This document shows positions 25,452 through 35,504 of a stretch of 44,046 bases of DNA, piece after piece. The position numbers were made by a program, and so were the translations under genes. Origin of the DNA: Candidatus Xenobia bacterium. GTDB lineage: Bacteria; Vulcanimicrobiota; CADAWZ01. The stretch is taken from contig JBGUKW010000076.1 of assembly GCA_045114665.1 (NCBI GenBank), positions 1 through 44,046 of the forward strand, given 5' to 3'. The notes beneath the pieces are model-generated. The model was not told where the DNA came from. It did not search any database and was given only the letters and a program-made list of their open reading frames with translations. Positions within the stretch are counted from its first letter, which is position 1. Every line of letters starts with the position of its first letter.

Positions 25452-27440
25452 TTGAATAAATATATTTCATTTTTTGCAACTATTTTATTATTAATGATAA
25501 TTCCAAATTGTGCTTTTGCTTATATTGCTGTTTCAAATGGATATATTGAAAAAGGCAGAGCTGTAAAAATAAAAGAAGAATCCGCAAAAGAGAGTTTTAT
25601 CATTTATGCAGAAGACAAAGTAGAAATGGGAGAATTGACAGAACCTGAAAATTCTGGAATATTTGCTCTTAGAGATGTCAGGGATTCTTATGACAGTGAA
25701 ATAAACACTGTATATAGCCCAGTTCGTGAAAAAAGAAATTTTTTCTCTACAGATAGAGCTATAGTATTGAAGAAGAAAATAAAACTTCCAAAAGAGGGAA
25801 AAGTTGATTTTTCTTTTGGAGTTAAATTCAACAATGGAAAAGAATCAAAAATAACTTGGGAATATAGAGTTTTTGCAGATGATTATTCGAGATTGTCAAG
25901 AAAGATCAACAATGGAAGTAATTTTGGAGTTTATGATGGTGATCCTATTTCAGAAGTAGAATTGACAAACTTTTTTCCCATTGATTTTTTGAAAAATCAA
26001 GATGGAGAATCTTCTGAAGTTGAAATTGATTTTAATGGGGAAATTCAAAAATTTACTTTTTCTGAATTAAAATTTGCTCCTCAAACTTCAGATAAATCAC
26101 TTTTGATAAAACCAGTAATAGACACAAGTTTTATATGGAGAGTTACAATTTTAAAAGTTACTGATAAGGAAAATATCATTGAATATGAAGAGACTGGAAG
26201 AAGTGAAGGAAGTAAAGATTACATTTGGAATAACAAAAATTTCTTTGGTGTAAATGCTTCTCCTGGTAAATATGTATTTATTGCAGATGTTTTCTTAAAA
26301 AACAATTATGAAACGGCTCGAATGCCTATTTTAAAAAAGGAAATAGAAATTCCACATTATGATAGACTTTGGGTTTTAAACACAGATGGTGCAGTTATAT
26401 CTGATTCCAATTTTGGAAAGGTAATTGATAAAAAAATAAAACAGAAAAAACTTTGCAAAGGTTTTGTCTATTGTTCACTTCCTGGTGCTTATCAATATGC
26501 TTTGAACAGAATTTATATGAGAAGAGCAACAGATAAATTCAAGATTTTTTTGATAAAAGATGATATTGATAAAGATTCTGTAACCTGTTATATAAATTCT
26601 GACATAAGAAAAAATTATCCAGTTGTCTTAAAAAGAAAATCAAATGGTTATTTTGAGGGAGAGATAAAAACTGTTCTATCTGATAGAGACACAGAAACTG
26701 AAATGTCATTTGGTCCAAAATGCTGTTCTAAAAAAAGTTTTGCATATTTAGATGTAACACACCCTGAAGATTCTTTGGCATTTGAATCTATTCTTTCTTC
26801 CGCAGGTTGGATTTCACATGGAGCATTTCAAGCAGATGAACCTGAAGAAATGCCAAAAAAAGAACGCTCTCTATTTATTGCAGATTTCGTGAGAAGTGGG
26901 GGATATGAAAAATTAATATTCTCTGTAAATGATGTAAAATCTCAATGTTTAATTAAAAATCAGGCTTATCTATTTTATTACTCAGGTCATGGTTGGGGAG
27001 ATGGATGTATTTATTTAGATGACAAAACTTGTTTCTATCCTGATTTAGAGTTTGAACCAGGTGATTGGAGTGACGGAATGGCTGCTGCTATATTTTCATC
27101 TTGTTCTGTCCTCGATATCAAAAATTTAAACAACCACAATTTTACACTTCTTGGAAAAGTTAGACTTTCACCTGGCAAATTTTGGGCAGCTGCTGCAGGA
27201 AAAGATGTCGCTCTATTGGGATATAATTGGTCAACATTTGAGGGAAAGCCACCAAATGCCTTTGACACAAGAGTAATAAGAACATTCTTACCACGCTTTT
27301 TATCAGGTTCAGCACCTGTTGATTCATGGTTTAATGCAAATTTCTCTCAAAATGAAGGCGTTTCTGTCTGTGCAATTTATAAAGATACTTATTATTATGT
27401 GCAGGGTGGAATAAAAACGCTTCCTGCCTCAAAGTGGTAA
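25452..27440 (+). CDS. Secreted protein with a C-terminal clan-CD-like (caspase/gingipain fold) His/Cys dyad
   Basis: 662 aa. TTG start 5 nt after a GGAGG RBS. Signal peptide ...IIPNCAFA. The dyad is YLFYYSGHG (His513) and AAAIFSSCSV (Cys551), 38 residues apart. Confidence 0.6.
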   Translation: MNKYISFFATILLLMIIPNCAFAYIAVSNGYIEKGRAVKIKEESAKESFIIYAEDKVEMGELTEPENSGIFALRDVRDSYDSEINTVYSPVREKRNFFSTDRAIVLKKKIKLPKEGKVDFSFGVKFNNGKESKITWEYRVFADDYSRLSRKINNGSNFGVYDGDPISEVELTNFFPIDFLKNQDGESSEVEIDFNGEIQKFTFSELKFAPQTSDKSLLIKPVIDTSFIWRVTILKVTDKENIIEYEETGRSEGSKDYIWNNKNFFGVNASPGKYVFIADVFLKNNYETARMPILKKEIEIPHYDRLWVLNTDGAVISDSNFGKVIDKKIKQKKLCKGFVYCSLPGAYQYALNRIYMRRATDKFKIFLIKDDIDKDSVTCYINSDIRKNYPVVLKRKSNGYFEGEIKTVLSDRDTETEMSFGPKCCSKKSFAYLDVTHPEDSLAFESILSSAGWISHGAFQADEPEEMPKKERSLFIADFVRSGGYEKLIFSVNDVKSQCLIKNQAYLFYYSGHGWGDGCIYLDDKTCFYPDLEFEPGDWSDGMAAAIFSSCSVLDIKNLNNHNFTLLGKVRLSPGKFWAAAAGKDVALLGYNWSTFEGKPPNAFDTRVIRTFLPRFLSGSAPVDSWFNANFSQNEGVSVCAIYKDTYYYVQGGIKTLPASKW

Positions 27441-27457
27441 AATCAAAAAGTAGTAAT

Positions 27458-27496
27458 AAAAAAAAAGGCTGTGAAATTTTTCACAGCCCCTTTTTT
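27458..27496. terminator. Bidirectional rho-independent terminator
   Basis: A9 run, then a GGCTGTGAAA-ttt-TTCACAGCC stem, then a T6 run, between convergent genes. Confidence 0.85.
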
Positions 27497-27557
27497 AGTT
27501 ACCACTTTGAATTATAAAATATGTTAATTATTTGTCTAGTCGTCTTCGACGGGCTGC

Positions 27558-29510
27558 TTATGGCTTCTTATGAAAACGAGGATCATTACCTTGATCAGTG
27601 ATTACATCAGGATGATAGGAATCAGTGTCCTTGTTACCACTACTACCAGTGTTACTATCGCCACCTGAGTCAGTAGGTTTAGGTGGTTTATAATCTGGCA
27701 AAGAATTAAGTGTTTCCTCTAAAGCTAGGATTGTACTTGTTCCAACTGGTCTCAATGTTGAATTTTCTAAAAATTCCAGCGGACATCCTCTATCAGAATT
27801 CTTAAACATATTTGCTACAGAATTATTACTAACACTAGAATTACTATCAACTCTTGAAAGTGCATTTCTATCTTGAGTTAATACCCAAGACGAAGTAATA
27901 GCATTAGCATCACTACTATTACTCAATAGTGAAAATGTATTACTTATATACACTTGATTACAAGCATGTACGATAATAGCTCCATTTTTTTCAATATTTT
28001 CATCATATTTTTTATATTTTTCATATTTTGCATCTTTTTTTAGATCAACATTGACATCAGGTAAAGCATTTATAGTTATACTGTTCATAGAAAAAATAGT
28101 ACCAATTCCTTTTATGGAACCATTTACTACTAAATTACCTGTTACAAATAAAACAGGATAATTAGCTTTATTATCTTCTGGCATACGTTCATTTGGGGCT
28201 AATATCAAGTCTCCATCTATTACAACAGTAGCATATATAGGAATGATTATAATATTTCGACCTTTTAAAAGATATATATTTTTATTGTTCTTACCATCAG
28301 AATCACTAAAAGATTCGGTAGGTATTGAAGCTGTAACATTTTTTTCAGGAAGAGGACTTTCTGATATATTTAATTTTTCTCTTATATGTTTGTTGTCAAA
28401 TTTATATACTGCAGTTATATCTCCATTTGCATCTTTTGCTAATGGCAATGTATCTATGGCTTTACCTATTTGGTTTCCATCTATATTTACATCTTTAAGA
28501 TTATCTTGAACAGCATCAAAAATACTATCATAATAATATTTATCCATATTATGTTTTAAATATAGTTTCTTCAAAGGACTAATAGGTAATTTACCAACTG
28601 GTTCTTTATTATCCTTATCAACATCTTTATTTGCAATAAATACATGTGGAATTTCTTCTTCATCTGTACCTTTATCATATTTATACTGCTCTGCCACATT
28701 GAGAGATTTTACCATATCCATTATAAAACATCTCGATGATTCAGAGGTTATGTCCCTATATTGATTATTTTTTACTTTTTCATTTTTATGTTCACTACTT
28801 TTTCCATATGTTTTATCTGATGAAATATAAAATTCATTATTATATAAAAGGTAATAATTTGATATTGGATTACTCGATAAATCAAAAGAAGTCAAATATC
28901 CATTTTTAGGCATAGGTATTGATAATATACCACTCATATTGCCGAAACGATTTATCCAAGGAGTCATAGGAGATTGTGTTAGTTGTGAATATACTGCATT
29001 CAATCCAACAATATTTGCTCTGTCATTTTTATTTTTATCATCTCTTGGAATATAATAAATCCCACTTGAATATATTCCCATATAATCCATTATATAATTA
29101 GCCGTAAGAGTTATTTTTATTTTATCTTTAGATGAAGTACCATAACTACCTGTTGATTGTATCTTTCCATTTTCATAAGAATATTCACATGAAAAAAAAC
29201 CTTCATTATCTATCTTGTTGGCATTATCAGTAAAATCTACAGATTTTTTTGTTTGTTTTAGTTCATATAACTCTTTCCAAGTTATATGAGTGCCATTTTT
29301 TTTGTAATAAGCATCTATTGCTTCTTCTATTTCTTCAGTAGCTTTATTTAATCCAACTCTTGCTACCTGATATGCTTTTTCTCTATCACTTTGAACAGTG
29401 ATCAATTCTGCATTTTTTCTATTTATATTGAACATTGTCATCAATATTATTAGAAGAACGACACTTAAAAGACATGTAGCTATAATAAGAGAACCTTTTC
29501 TTTTTTTCAT
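27558..29510 (-). CDS. Large PilX/GspK-like minor pseudopilin (650 aa)
   Basis: N-terminus MKKRKGSLIIATCLLSVVLLIILM is a PilX_N/GspK-type hydrophobic segment without Glu5. It is the third gene of the prepilin operon. A beta-helix-like segment (VVIDGDLILAP...FVTGNLVVNGSIKGIGTIFSMNSITINA) is present. Confidence 0.6.
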   Translation of the reverse strand: MKKRKGSLIIATCLLSVVLLIILMTMFNINRKNAELITVQSDREKAYQVARVGLNKATEEIEEAIDAYYKKNGTHITWKELYELKQTKKSVDFTDNANKIDNEGFFSCEYSYENGKIQSTGSYGTSSKDKIKITLTANYIMDYMGIYSSGIYYIPRDDKNKNDRANIVGLNAVYSQLTQSPMTPWINRFGNMSGILSIPMPKNGYLTSFDLSSNPISNYYLLYNNEFYISSDKTYGKSSEHKNEKVKNNQYRDITSESSRCFIMDMVKSLNVAEQYKYDKGTDEEEIPHVFIANKDVDKDNKEPVGKLPISPLKKLYLKHNMDKYYYDSIFDAVQDNLKDVNIDGNQIGKAIDTLPLAKDANGDITAVYKFDNKHIREKLNISESPLPEKNVTASIPTESFSDSDGKNNKNIYLLKGRNIIIIPIYATVVIDGDLILAPNERMPEDNKANYPVLFVTGNLVVNGSIKGIGTIFSMNSITINALPDVNVDLKKDAKYEKYKKYDENIEKNGAIIVHACNQVYISNTFSLLSNSSDANAITSSWVLTQDRNALSRVDSNSSVSNNSVANMFKNSDRGCPLEFLENSTLRPVGTSTILALEETLNSLPDYKPPKPTDSGGDSNTGSSGNKDTDSYHPDVITDQGNDPRFHKKP

Positions 29511-29529
29511 TTTTAACCTCTTTAATTTT

Positions 29530-30381
29530 TTATGATTGATTTATTGGCAATATAACCCAGTCAACTTCAAAATTCTCTGCTTTAGCTGTTGCATTACCAT
29601 TTACAGCCTTTCTTCCCTCTACATTACTACCGCCATATACTCCATAATCAAGCAATAATCTCATTTTAAAAGCAGGATATGATTTTTTTGAAATTTTAAA
29701 AGATTTTATATTTTTTGACAACAATTGTTTCTGTAAATTGCTATTTTTTTTCAATAACATCTCGAGTAAATTGAAAGGATCCGCCTGTTCAGATACACCT
29801 AATTTTTTTCTCCATTCATCTACAGTCAATTTTTCAAACATTGTTACACTTTTATTCTCAATTTCTTTATTATCTTCATTTTTTTTATATTTATAAGTAA
29901 ATCTTACTTCATAAAATTTATTTTTATCTTTTTCCCCATTTCCTAAAATTTTGCCGTCTTTATCATGAATATACAACACATATCCAGTCCAATTTTTTTT
30001 TGACAGTTTTTCCTGAATTTCGTCCATACACTCATAAGTATGCGAACGATATCCTGTTTCTTCTGGAGTTATTTCATTTCTTGAATAAATTTCTGTCAAT
30101 ATTGGAAAACCCACAGCAATACATTCATCTTTTCCATACATTGTTGCTTGGTTTTGACATGTAAATATAGTAACCAAATTTGGAGCACTATATTTCATAT
30201 TTTTGTATATTTTTTCAGAGACTATTAGACCGTCATTTAAGACATCCATATTTTTTTCAGTATGTCTATTTATTTTTATACCTTTGTCCATCAAATATCC
30301 AAAAATTAATACAATTCCACCTGAAATCAACAAAGTTATCAATATTTCAAGCAAAGAAAATCCCTTGTTTTTTTGTCTCAT
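29530..30381 (-). CDS. Prepilin-type N-terminal cleavage/methylation domain protein (minor pseudopilin)
   Basis: MRQKNKG|FSLLEILITLLISGGIVLIF is a canonical class III signal with Glu at +5. Confidence 0.8.
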   Translation of the reverse strand: MRQKNKGFSLLEILITLLISGGIVLIFGYLMDKGIKINRHTEKNMDVLNDGLIVSEKIYKNMKYSAPNLVTIFTCQNQATMYGKDECIAVGFPILTEIYSRNEITPEETGYRSHTYECMDEIQEKLSKKNWTGYVLYIHDKDGKILGNGEKDKNKFYEVRFTYKYKKNEDNKEIENKSVTMFEKLTVDEWRKKLGVSEQADPFNLLEMLLKKNSNLQKQLLSKNIKSFKISKKSYPAFKMRLLLDYGVYGGSNVEGRKAVNGNATAKAENFEVDWVILPINQS

Positions 30382-30396
30382 TATCTCTCCAAAATT

Positions 30397-31320
30397 CTAA
30401 TTTACAATTCCAGTTCCCAATTTTAAATCAGATGTTATCTCATAAATATTCAATGGATAATGTCCATTATTCTTTTTTTCTGCAGAATAAAGCGTTCTTA
30501 CTTTTATTTTTATTTTTTTCCCAACAATGGTTCCTTCTTTTACAATGTCTTTTGACTCACAATTTGTCAATAAAATAAAGCATTTAAATCCAGGATTTAA
30601 TTCATTTAACTTTTTAGTTTCATAATTTATATATGCTTCTTCTATTTTTTTATAATTGTTATATCTAATATTTTCATCTATACTTGTTTTAAATAATTGC
30701 TCTATTTCACTGTAACTAAAATGCGGACGAGTTACTAGTCCTTTCTCTCCTCCTTCTCCTATGGTTGGACCATTTGGAACAGGAGTTTCATTAGGAGTAA
30801 TAAATTGATCCAAAACATCATCCAGTCCATTTGTTTCACTATCTACTGTTATAATAGAGTCAAGCTCTTCCCCCTTATCATCATTAATATCATTAATCGT
30901 CTCTCCCATACCTTTATTAGTTGTATTAATTGATGAAACATTAGCATTAGCTAATTGATATTCATCTGAGGGGGCTTTTATTACATATTTTGTAAAAAAA
31001 GCATCTTCTCTTTCTATCTTACTTTCATTGTTTTCTGAATCTACCAAATAAGATGATTTAAATAACAATATTGTAGCATGTGAAGGTAGAGCCTGATGGG
31101 CTTGATCTTCAACTTTTATCGTCATTTCTGAATCTTGCAATTCACTTTTTGCCACAGCTATTGCCTGTATCTTATTTTGATTTCTTTTAGACATAGTTGC
31201 CCCAACAAATGAAAGCATAGAAACAATAACGATTCCAAGTATCCACATACTTACAATTGTTTCAATAAGTGTCATTCCAAGTATCTTTTTGTTTTTAAGT
31301 AAATATTTATTTTTAATCAT
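30397..31320 (-). CDS. Prepilin-type N-terminal cleavage/methylation domain protein (minor pseudopilin)
   Basis: ...KKILG|MTLIETIVSMWILGIVIVSML is a class III signal with Glu at +5. Confidence 0.75.
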   Translation of the reverse strand: MIKNKYLLKNKKILGMTLIETIVSMWILGIVIVSMLSFVGATMSKRNQNKIQAIAVAKSELQDSEMTIKVEDQAHQALPSHATILLFKSSYLVDSENNESKIEREDAFFTKYVIKAPSDEYQLANANVSSINTTNKGMGETINDINDDKGEELDSIITVDSETNGLDDVLDQFITPNETPVPNGPTIGEGGEKGLVTRPHFSYSEIEQLFKTSIDENIRYNNYKKIEEAYINYETKKLNELNPGFKCFILLTNCESKDIVKEGTIVGKKIKIKVRTLYSAEKKNNGHYPLNIYEITSDLKLGTGIVN

Positions 31321-31424
31321 ATTTTTGTATGTAAATAATTTTCAAAAATACTAATAAAATAATAATAATTTTATTTTGTATTATATGTTTATAATACCTT
31401 AAAATTCACAAAAAAACAATAGCA

Positions 31425-31460
31425 AATAAAAAAAAAGGACTGTTTTTTTATCAGTCCTTT
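31425..31460 (-). terminator. Rho-independent terminator after rny
   Basis: On the minus strand, an AAGGACTG-ataaaaaaa-CAGTCCTT stem followed by a T9 run. Confidence 0.75.
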
Positions 31461-31487
31461 TATATTATTTTTCAAATATACTTTTTA

Positions 31488-33176
31488 TTATTTTGCGTAA
31501 TCAACAGCTCTTGTCTCTCTTATAACTGTAACTTTTATCTGTCCAGGGTATTCAAGTTCTTCTTCAATTTGTTTTACAATATCTCTTGCCAAAAGAACTG
31601 ACTTAGTATCATCAACAAATTCAGGTTTTACAATTATTCTTATTTCTCTTCCTGCCTGTATAGCATAAGATTTTTCAACACCTTCAAAATTGTTTGCAAC
31701 TTTTTCCAATTTTTCGAGGCGTTTGACATAAGCTTCAAGAGATTCTCTACGAGCTCCAGGGCGTGCTGCAGAAATTGCATCACAAGTCTGTATTAATACA
31801 GCTTCTATAGTTCTCTGCTCTTCGTCCTCATGGTGTGCCATTATAGCGTGTACAACATCAGGAGATTCGTTATATTTTTCTGCATATTTTGCACCAAGTA
31901 CAGCATGAGGTCCTTCTACTTCCATGTTTATTACTTTTCCTATATCATGTAGAAGTCCTGCTCTTCTTGCTATCTGCACATCAGCTCCTATTTCTTGGGC
32001 TATTGTTCCTGCAAGAAATGATACTTCAAGAGAATGAGCAAGGACATTTTGTCCATAACTTGTGCGGAATTTAAGTTTTCCTAAAACTTTTATGAGTTCA
32101 GGGTGTAAACCTGTTACACCAGCTTCAAATACAGCCTGTTCGCCTTCCTGCCATATTCTTGATTCCATTTCTTTTTTGGCTTTTTCAACCATTTCTTCAA
32201 TTCGTGCAGGATGAATACGTGCATCTATTATGAGTTTTTCCAATGCTAAACGGGCTATTTCTCTTCTTATTGGGTCAAAGCATGACAATACAACAGCTTC
32301 TGGAGTATCGTCAATGATTAAATCTACTCCGGTAAGTGATTCAAGCATTCTGATATTTCTGCCTTCACGCCCAATAATTCTTCCTTTCATTTCATCATTT
32401 GGAAGAGGAACAACAGATACGGTTGATTCGACAACTTGTTCAGAAGCCCATTTTTGTATTGCTGAAGATATTATTCTTCTTGATTTTAAATCAGCAGTTT
32501 CTTTTATCTGCTCTTCCATATTTTTAACTCTTATTGCCAACTCTTGTTTTAATTCAGATTCAGCTTTTTTGAGTATTACATCTTTGGCTTCTTCCAAAGA
32601 CATCTGAGCTATTCTTTCAAGCTCTTCAAGTCTTTTATTTTCAAGTGAGACAACTTGTTCTTTTCTTTTGGCTATTTCCTGTTCTTTAGAAACTAAGCCT
32701 TTTTCTCTTTTTTCTATTGAATCGAGTTTGCGATCAAGATTTTCTTCTTTTTGTTGTATTCTTCTTTCAGAACGTTGAATTTCATTTCTTCGTTCATCTC
32801 TTTCTTTTTCTAATTTTGAACGCTCCTTAAAGATTTCATCTTTTGCCTCGATTAATTTTTCTCTTTTTATTGCTTCAGCGGCTTTTTTACCTTCTTCAAT
32901 GATTATTGTAGCTTCATCTTTTGCTTTTTCAGTTTCTTTTTCTTTTTTTAGTTTATTGGCATACATTCCACCAAAAACACCTATAGCACCGCCTGCAATT
33001 AATACTGCCAAATGTTGAATAATTGGGTCGATCTTGAATTCACCTCCTTTTTTCTTTTTTGGGGGGATTGATGATTCATTATTATTTTTTATCATCAAAA
33101 AAGATATAACGGCATAATTGAGCCGTTTTTCCTCCTTTGTTTCGATTAATTCAATAAATTTAATTCCTGAGTCCAA
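31488..33176 (-). CDS. rny: Ribonuclease Y
   Basis: TM helix, coiled coil, KH domain ([12 protein letters not shown]) and HD domain (HSLEV...LLHDIGK). The start is uncertain: a strong internal SD (GGAGGTG, 33041-33047) lies just before the TM segment. Confidence 0.9.
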   Translation of the reverse strand: MDSGIKFIELIETKEEKRLNYAVISFLMIKNNNESSIPPKKKKGGEFKIDPIIQHLAVLIAGGAIGVFGGMYANKLKKEKETEKAKDEATIIIEEGKKAAEAIKREKLIEAKDEIFKERSKLEKERDERRNEIQRSERRIQQKEENLDRKLDSIEKREKGLVSKEQEIAKRKEQVVSLENKRLEELERIAQMSLEEAKDVILKKAESELKQELAIRVKNMEEQIKETADLKSRRIISSAIQKWASEQVVESTVSVVPLPNDEMKGRIIGREGRNIRMLESLTGVDLIIDDTPEAVVLSCFDPIRREIARLALEKLIIDARIHPARIEEMVEKAKKEMESRIWQEGEQAVFEAGVTGLHPELIKVLGKLKFRTSYGQNVLAHSLEVSFLAGTIAQEIGADVQIARRAGLLHDIGKVINMEVEGPHAVLGAKYAEKYNESPDVVHAIMAHHEDEEQRTIEAVLIQTCDAISAARPGARRESLEAYVKRLEKLEKVANNFEGVEKSYAIQAGREIRIIVKPEFVDDTKSVLLARDIVKQIEEELEYPGQIKVTVIRETRAVDYAK

Positions 33177-33212
33177 ATAAAAATGAACTCAGGAACAATA
33201 ACATTTTTAAAT

Positions 33213-34217
33213 TTACTCTGTTTTTGTTCTTGTAATACCAGCTTTTTCCATTGTTGCCTCAGTGATTTCCTTCAGCATTTCTGGATTATCTTCCAATATC
33301 TGTTTTGTATTTTCAAGACCTTGACCGAGTTTGTTGCCATTATAGCTATACCAAGCTCCACTCTTATTGATTATTCCCATTTCTGTTGCTGCGTCAATTA
33401 TGCTTCCTGTTTTTGAGATACCTTTTCCAAATATGATATCAAATTCAACCTGCTTGAAAGGTGGAGCCATTTTATTTTTGACTATTTTAACTTTAACTCT
33501 GTTTCCTATTTGATCTCCACCTGCTTTGACTGCATCACATTTTCTTATGTCAATTCTTAAAGAACTATAGAATTTTAAAGCTCTTCCACCAGGAGTTGTC
33601 TCAGGATTTCCGAACATGACACCTATTTTCTCTCTTATTTGGTTGATAAAAATAGCACAAGTCTTTGTCTTGTTTATTACACCTGTCAATTTTCTAAGAG
33701 CATGGGACATAAGTCTTGCTTGAAGACCAACATGTTGGTCACCCATATCGCCTTCGATTTCTGCTTTTGGAACTAAAGCAGCAACAGAGTCAATTACTAT
33801 TACATCTATTGCATTACTTCTTATGAGTGTGTCAACAATTTCAAGTGCTTGCTCGCCTGTATCTGGTTGTGAAACATAGAGATTGTCAACATCAACACCT
33901 ATCTTTTTTGCATATTCAGGATCAAGAGCATGTTCAACATCTATGAAAGCAGCTATTCCACCTGTTCTCTGAGCTTCTGCAATTATCTGGAGTGCAAGCG
34001 TTGTTTTTCCAGAAGATTCAGGACCAAAAATTTCTACTATTCTTCCTCTTGGGATTCCGCCTATGCCTATTGCTATGTCCAAAGAAAGGGCACCTGTTGA
34101 AATTGAATTTTCGTCATATTTTGGGTTCATGTCTCCGAGACGCATTATTGAACCCTTGCCGAATTGTTTTTCCAACTGACCTACAACTGCTTCTAATGCT
34201 TTTAGCTTATCGTCCAT
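33213..34217 (-). CDS. recA: Recombinase RecA
   Basis: [12 protein letters not shown] Walker A motif, [17 protein letters not shown] and [22 protein letters not shown]. Confidence 0.97.
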   Translation of the reverse strand: MDDKLKALEAVVGQLEKQFGKGSIMRLGDMNPKYDENSISTGALSLDIAIGIGGIPRGRIVEIFGPESSGKTTLALQIIAEAQRTGGIAAFIDVEHALDPEYAKKIGVDVDNLYVSQPDTGEQALEIVDTLIRSNAIDVIVIDSVAALVPKAEIEGDMGDQHVGLQARLMSHALRKLTGVINKTKTCAIFINQIREKIGVMFGNPETTPGGRALKFYSSLRIDIRKCDAVKAGGDQIGNRVKVKIVKNKMAPPFKQVEFDIIFGKGISKTGSIIDAATEMGIINKSGAWYSYNGNKLGQGLENTKQILEDNPEMLKEITEATMEKAGITRTKTE

Positions 34218-34287
34218 GTCAAAATCCCTCCTATTTCACTTTTTTAGTTCTCTTTTGTCTTCATGAAGAAAGAAAAAATGCTTTCTG

Positions 34288-34300
34288 TTACAGCAATTTT
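34288..34300 (+). promoter_or_regulatory. 13-mer TTACAGCAATTTT, recA-proximal copy
   Basis: Exact copy embedded in a 19-nt repeat, TTTCTGTTACAGCAATTTT, which is also found at 34455-34473. Confidence 0.5.
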
Positions 34301-34351
34301 CAAAAAAACTATTAATTTGGCTGTTAAATAATTTGAATAAGCCGAGTTATT

Positions 34352-34438
34352 ATCAACTTTATATTTTATTTATAACACGCCATTATTAAAATTTTGTGCG
34401 TTATTTTGTTAAAAACAATGTATTTTTGTAAAATTTTT
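34352..34438 (-). promoter_or_regulatory. recA-upstream block homologous to 1077..1162
   Basis: See 1077..1162. The near-palindrome ATAACACGCCATTAT is at 34372-34386. Confidence 0.5.
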
Positions 34439-34460
34439 GTCAGTTTTTTTCCCTTTTCTG

Positions 34461-34515
34461 TTACAGCAATTTTTAAATAGTATTTTTGAAAATTGCTGTA
34501 ATAAAATTGCTGTAA
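34461..34515. promoter_or_regulatory. Cluster of three 13-mer copies (one forward, two reverse); the first two form a hairpin or dyad
   Basis: TTACAGCAATTTT at 34461-34473, and AAAATTGCTGTAA at 34489-34501 and 34503-34515. Confidence 0.55.
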
Positions 34516-34608
34516 ACTACATATTAAAGGCTCTTATAATAATAAAATTTACCAGCAAGCTCTAATTATATACTCAAAAATTTGCTTAATGCTGAAACAA
34601 AAACTTAA

Positions 34609-34660
34609 AAAGCCCTTAAACCCCTATTATAAAAAATAAAGGTTAAGGGCTTAATATTCA
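34609..34660 (-). terminator. Probable terminator after 34713..35060
   Basis: Minus-strand stem AGCCCTTAACC / GGTTTAAGGGCT followed by TTTTT. Confidence 0.55.
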
Positions 34661-34712
34661 GCCATTAAACGGTTTTTGTTTTTAAGCTGTCTCGCCTAAA
34701 TTAGCTTATTTT

Positions 34713-35060
34713 TTACTTGCAGAGTTTATATTTTATTCTTTTTATTTGTTCACTAACTGAATTGATTTCTATAGGTAGAAGAGTTGGTGAGAGAGGAACT
34801 CTGCAACCGTTCAATCTATCCACCATTATTACGCCTTCTTCATCTTCTACTTCGTCCATTATTTCTTCAGTGTTAAAATAATTTCTTATGAAAACATAAA
34901 CAAGACATACATCTTCGTAAGGATTGACTGGAAAACCTCTACCCCATAATTCAATTGCATGAGTTGCTATTTCTTCGCAGGATATAGCCTGATCTCCTGC
35001 AGACTCCAAAACTCTTTTTATTATTTCGCAAAAACCAGTATTTCTTCCAAAATTATTCAT
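34713..35060 (-). CDS. Hypothetical protein (115 aa) closely following acpP
   Basis: ORF starts 8 nt after the acpP stop. No recognisable motif. It occupies the position usually held by fabF. Confidence 0.55.
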   Translation of the reverse strand: MNNFGRNTGFCEIIKRVLESAGDQAISCEEIATHAIELWGRGFPVNPYEDVCLVYVFIRNYFNTEEIMDEVEDEEGVIMVDRLNGCRVPLSPTLLPIEINSVSEQIKRIKYKLCK

Positions 35061-35068
35061 TTGTTTTA

Positions 35069-35308
35069 TTACTCTTCTATTTTTTCCTGTATATATTTTA
35101 CAGTTTCTTCAATGTTTGTGAGACTTTCAGCATCTTCATCAGGAATTTCAATGTGAAATTCTGTTTCGAGAGCCATTACGAGCTCTACTGCATCGAGAGA
35201 ATCTGCACCGAGATCATCCGTAAATGAAGCTGTTGGTGTTACTTGGTCTTCATCTACTCCGAGTTGTTCTACTACGAGACTTTTTACTCTTTCAGCTATC
35301 TTATTCAT
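35069..35308 (-). CDS. acpP: Acyl carrier protein
   Basis: 79 aa with the DLGADSLD phosphopantetheine attachment motif. Confidence 0.95.
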   Translation of the reverse strand: MNKIAERVKSLVVEQLGVDEDQVTPTASFTDDLGADSLDAVELVMALETEFHIEIPDEDAESLTNIEETVKYIQEKIEE

Positions 35309-35504
35309 TATACTACCTCCAATTTACCGGGTAATTACTTCCGATATTCTTACTTACTATTTAACTTTTTACATATAGTTTCATTTTGAATAGTTTGCAA
35401 AATTAATTATATCAAACTTTAGATAAAATTTTTTCAACTTAAATTAAAATAATCCTCTAATTTGATACATAATTAAGAAAATAATTTTATATTATTTCAA
35501 ATTT

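Noticed and set aside
29993-30001. Homopolymer tracts (A9/T9 here, and several A7-A8 runs in the pseudopilin genes) as phase-variation switches
   Set aside because: AAA-Lys runs are expected throughout such an AT-rich genome. Without population or read-level length variation there is no evidence of switching.
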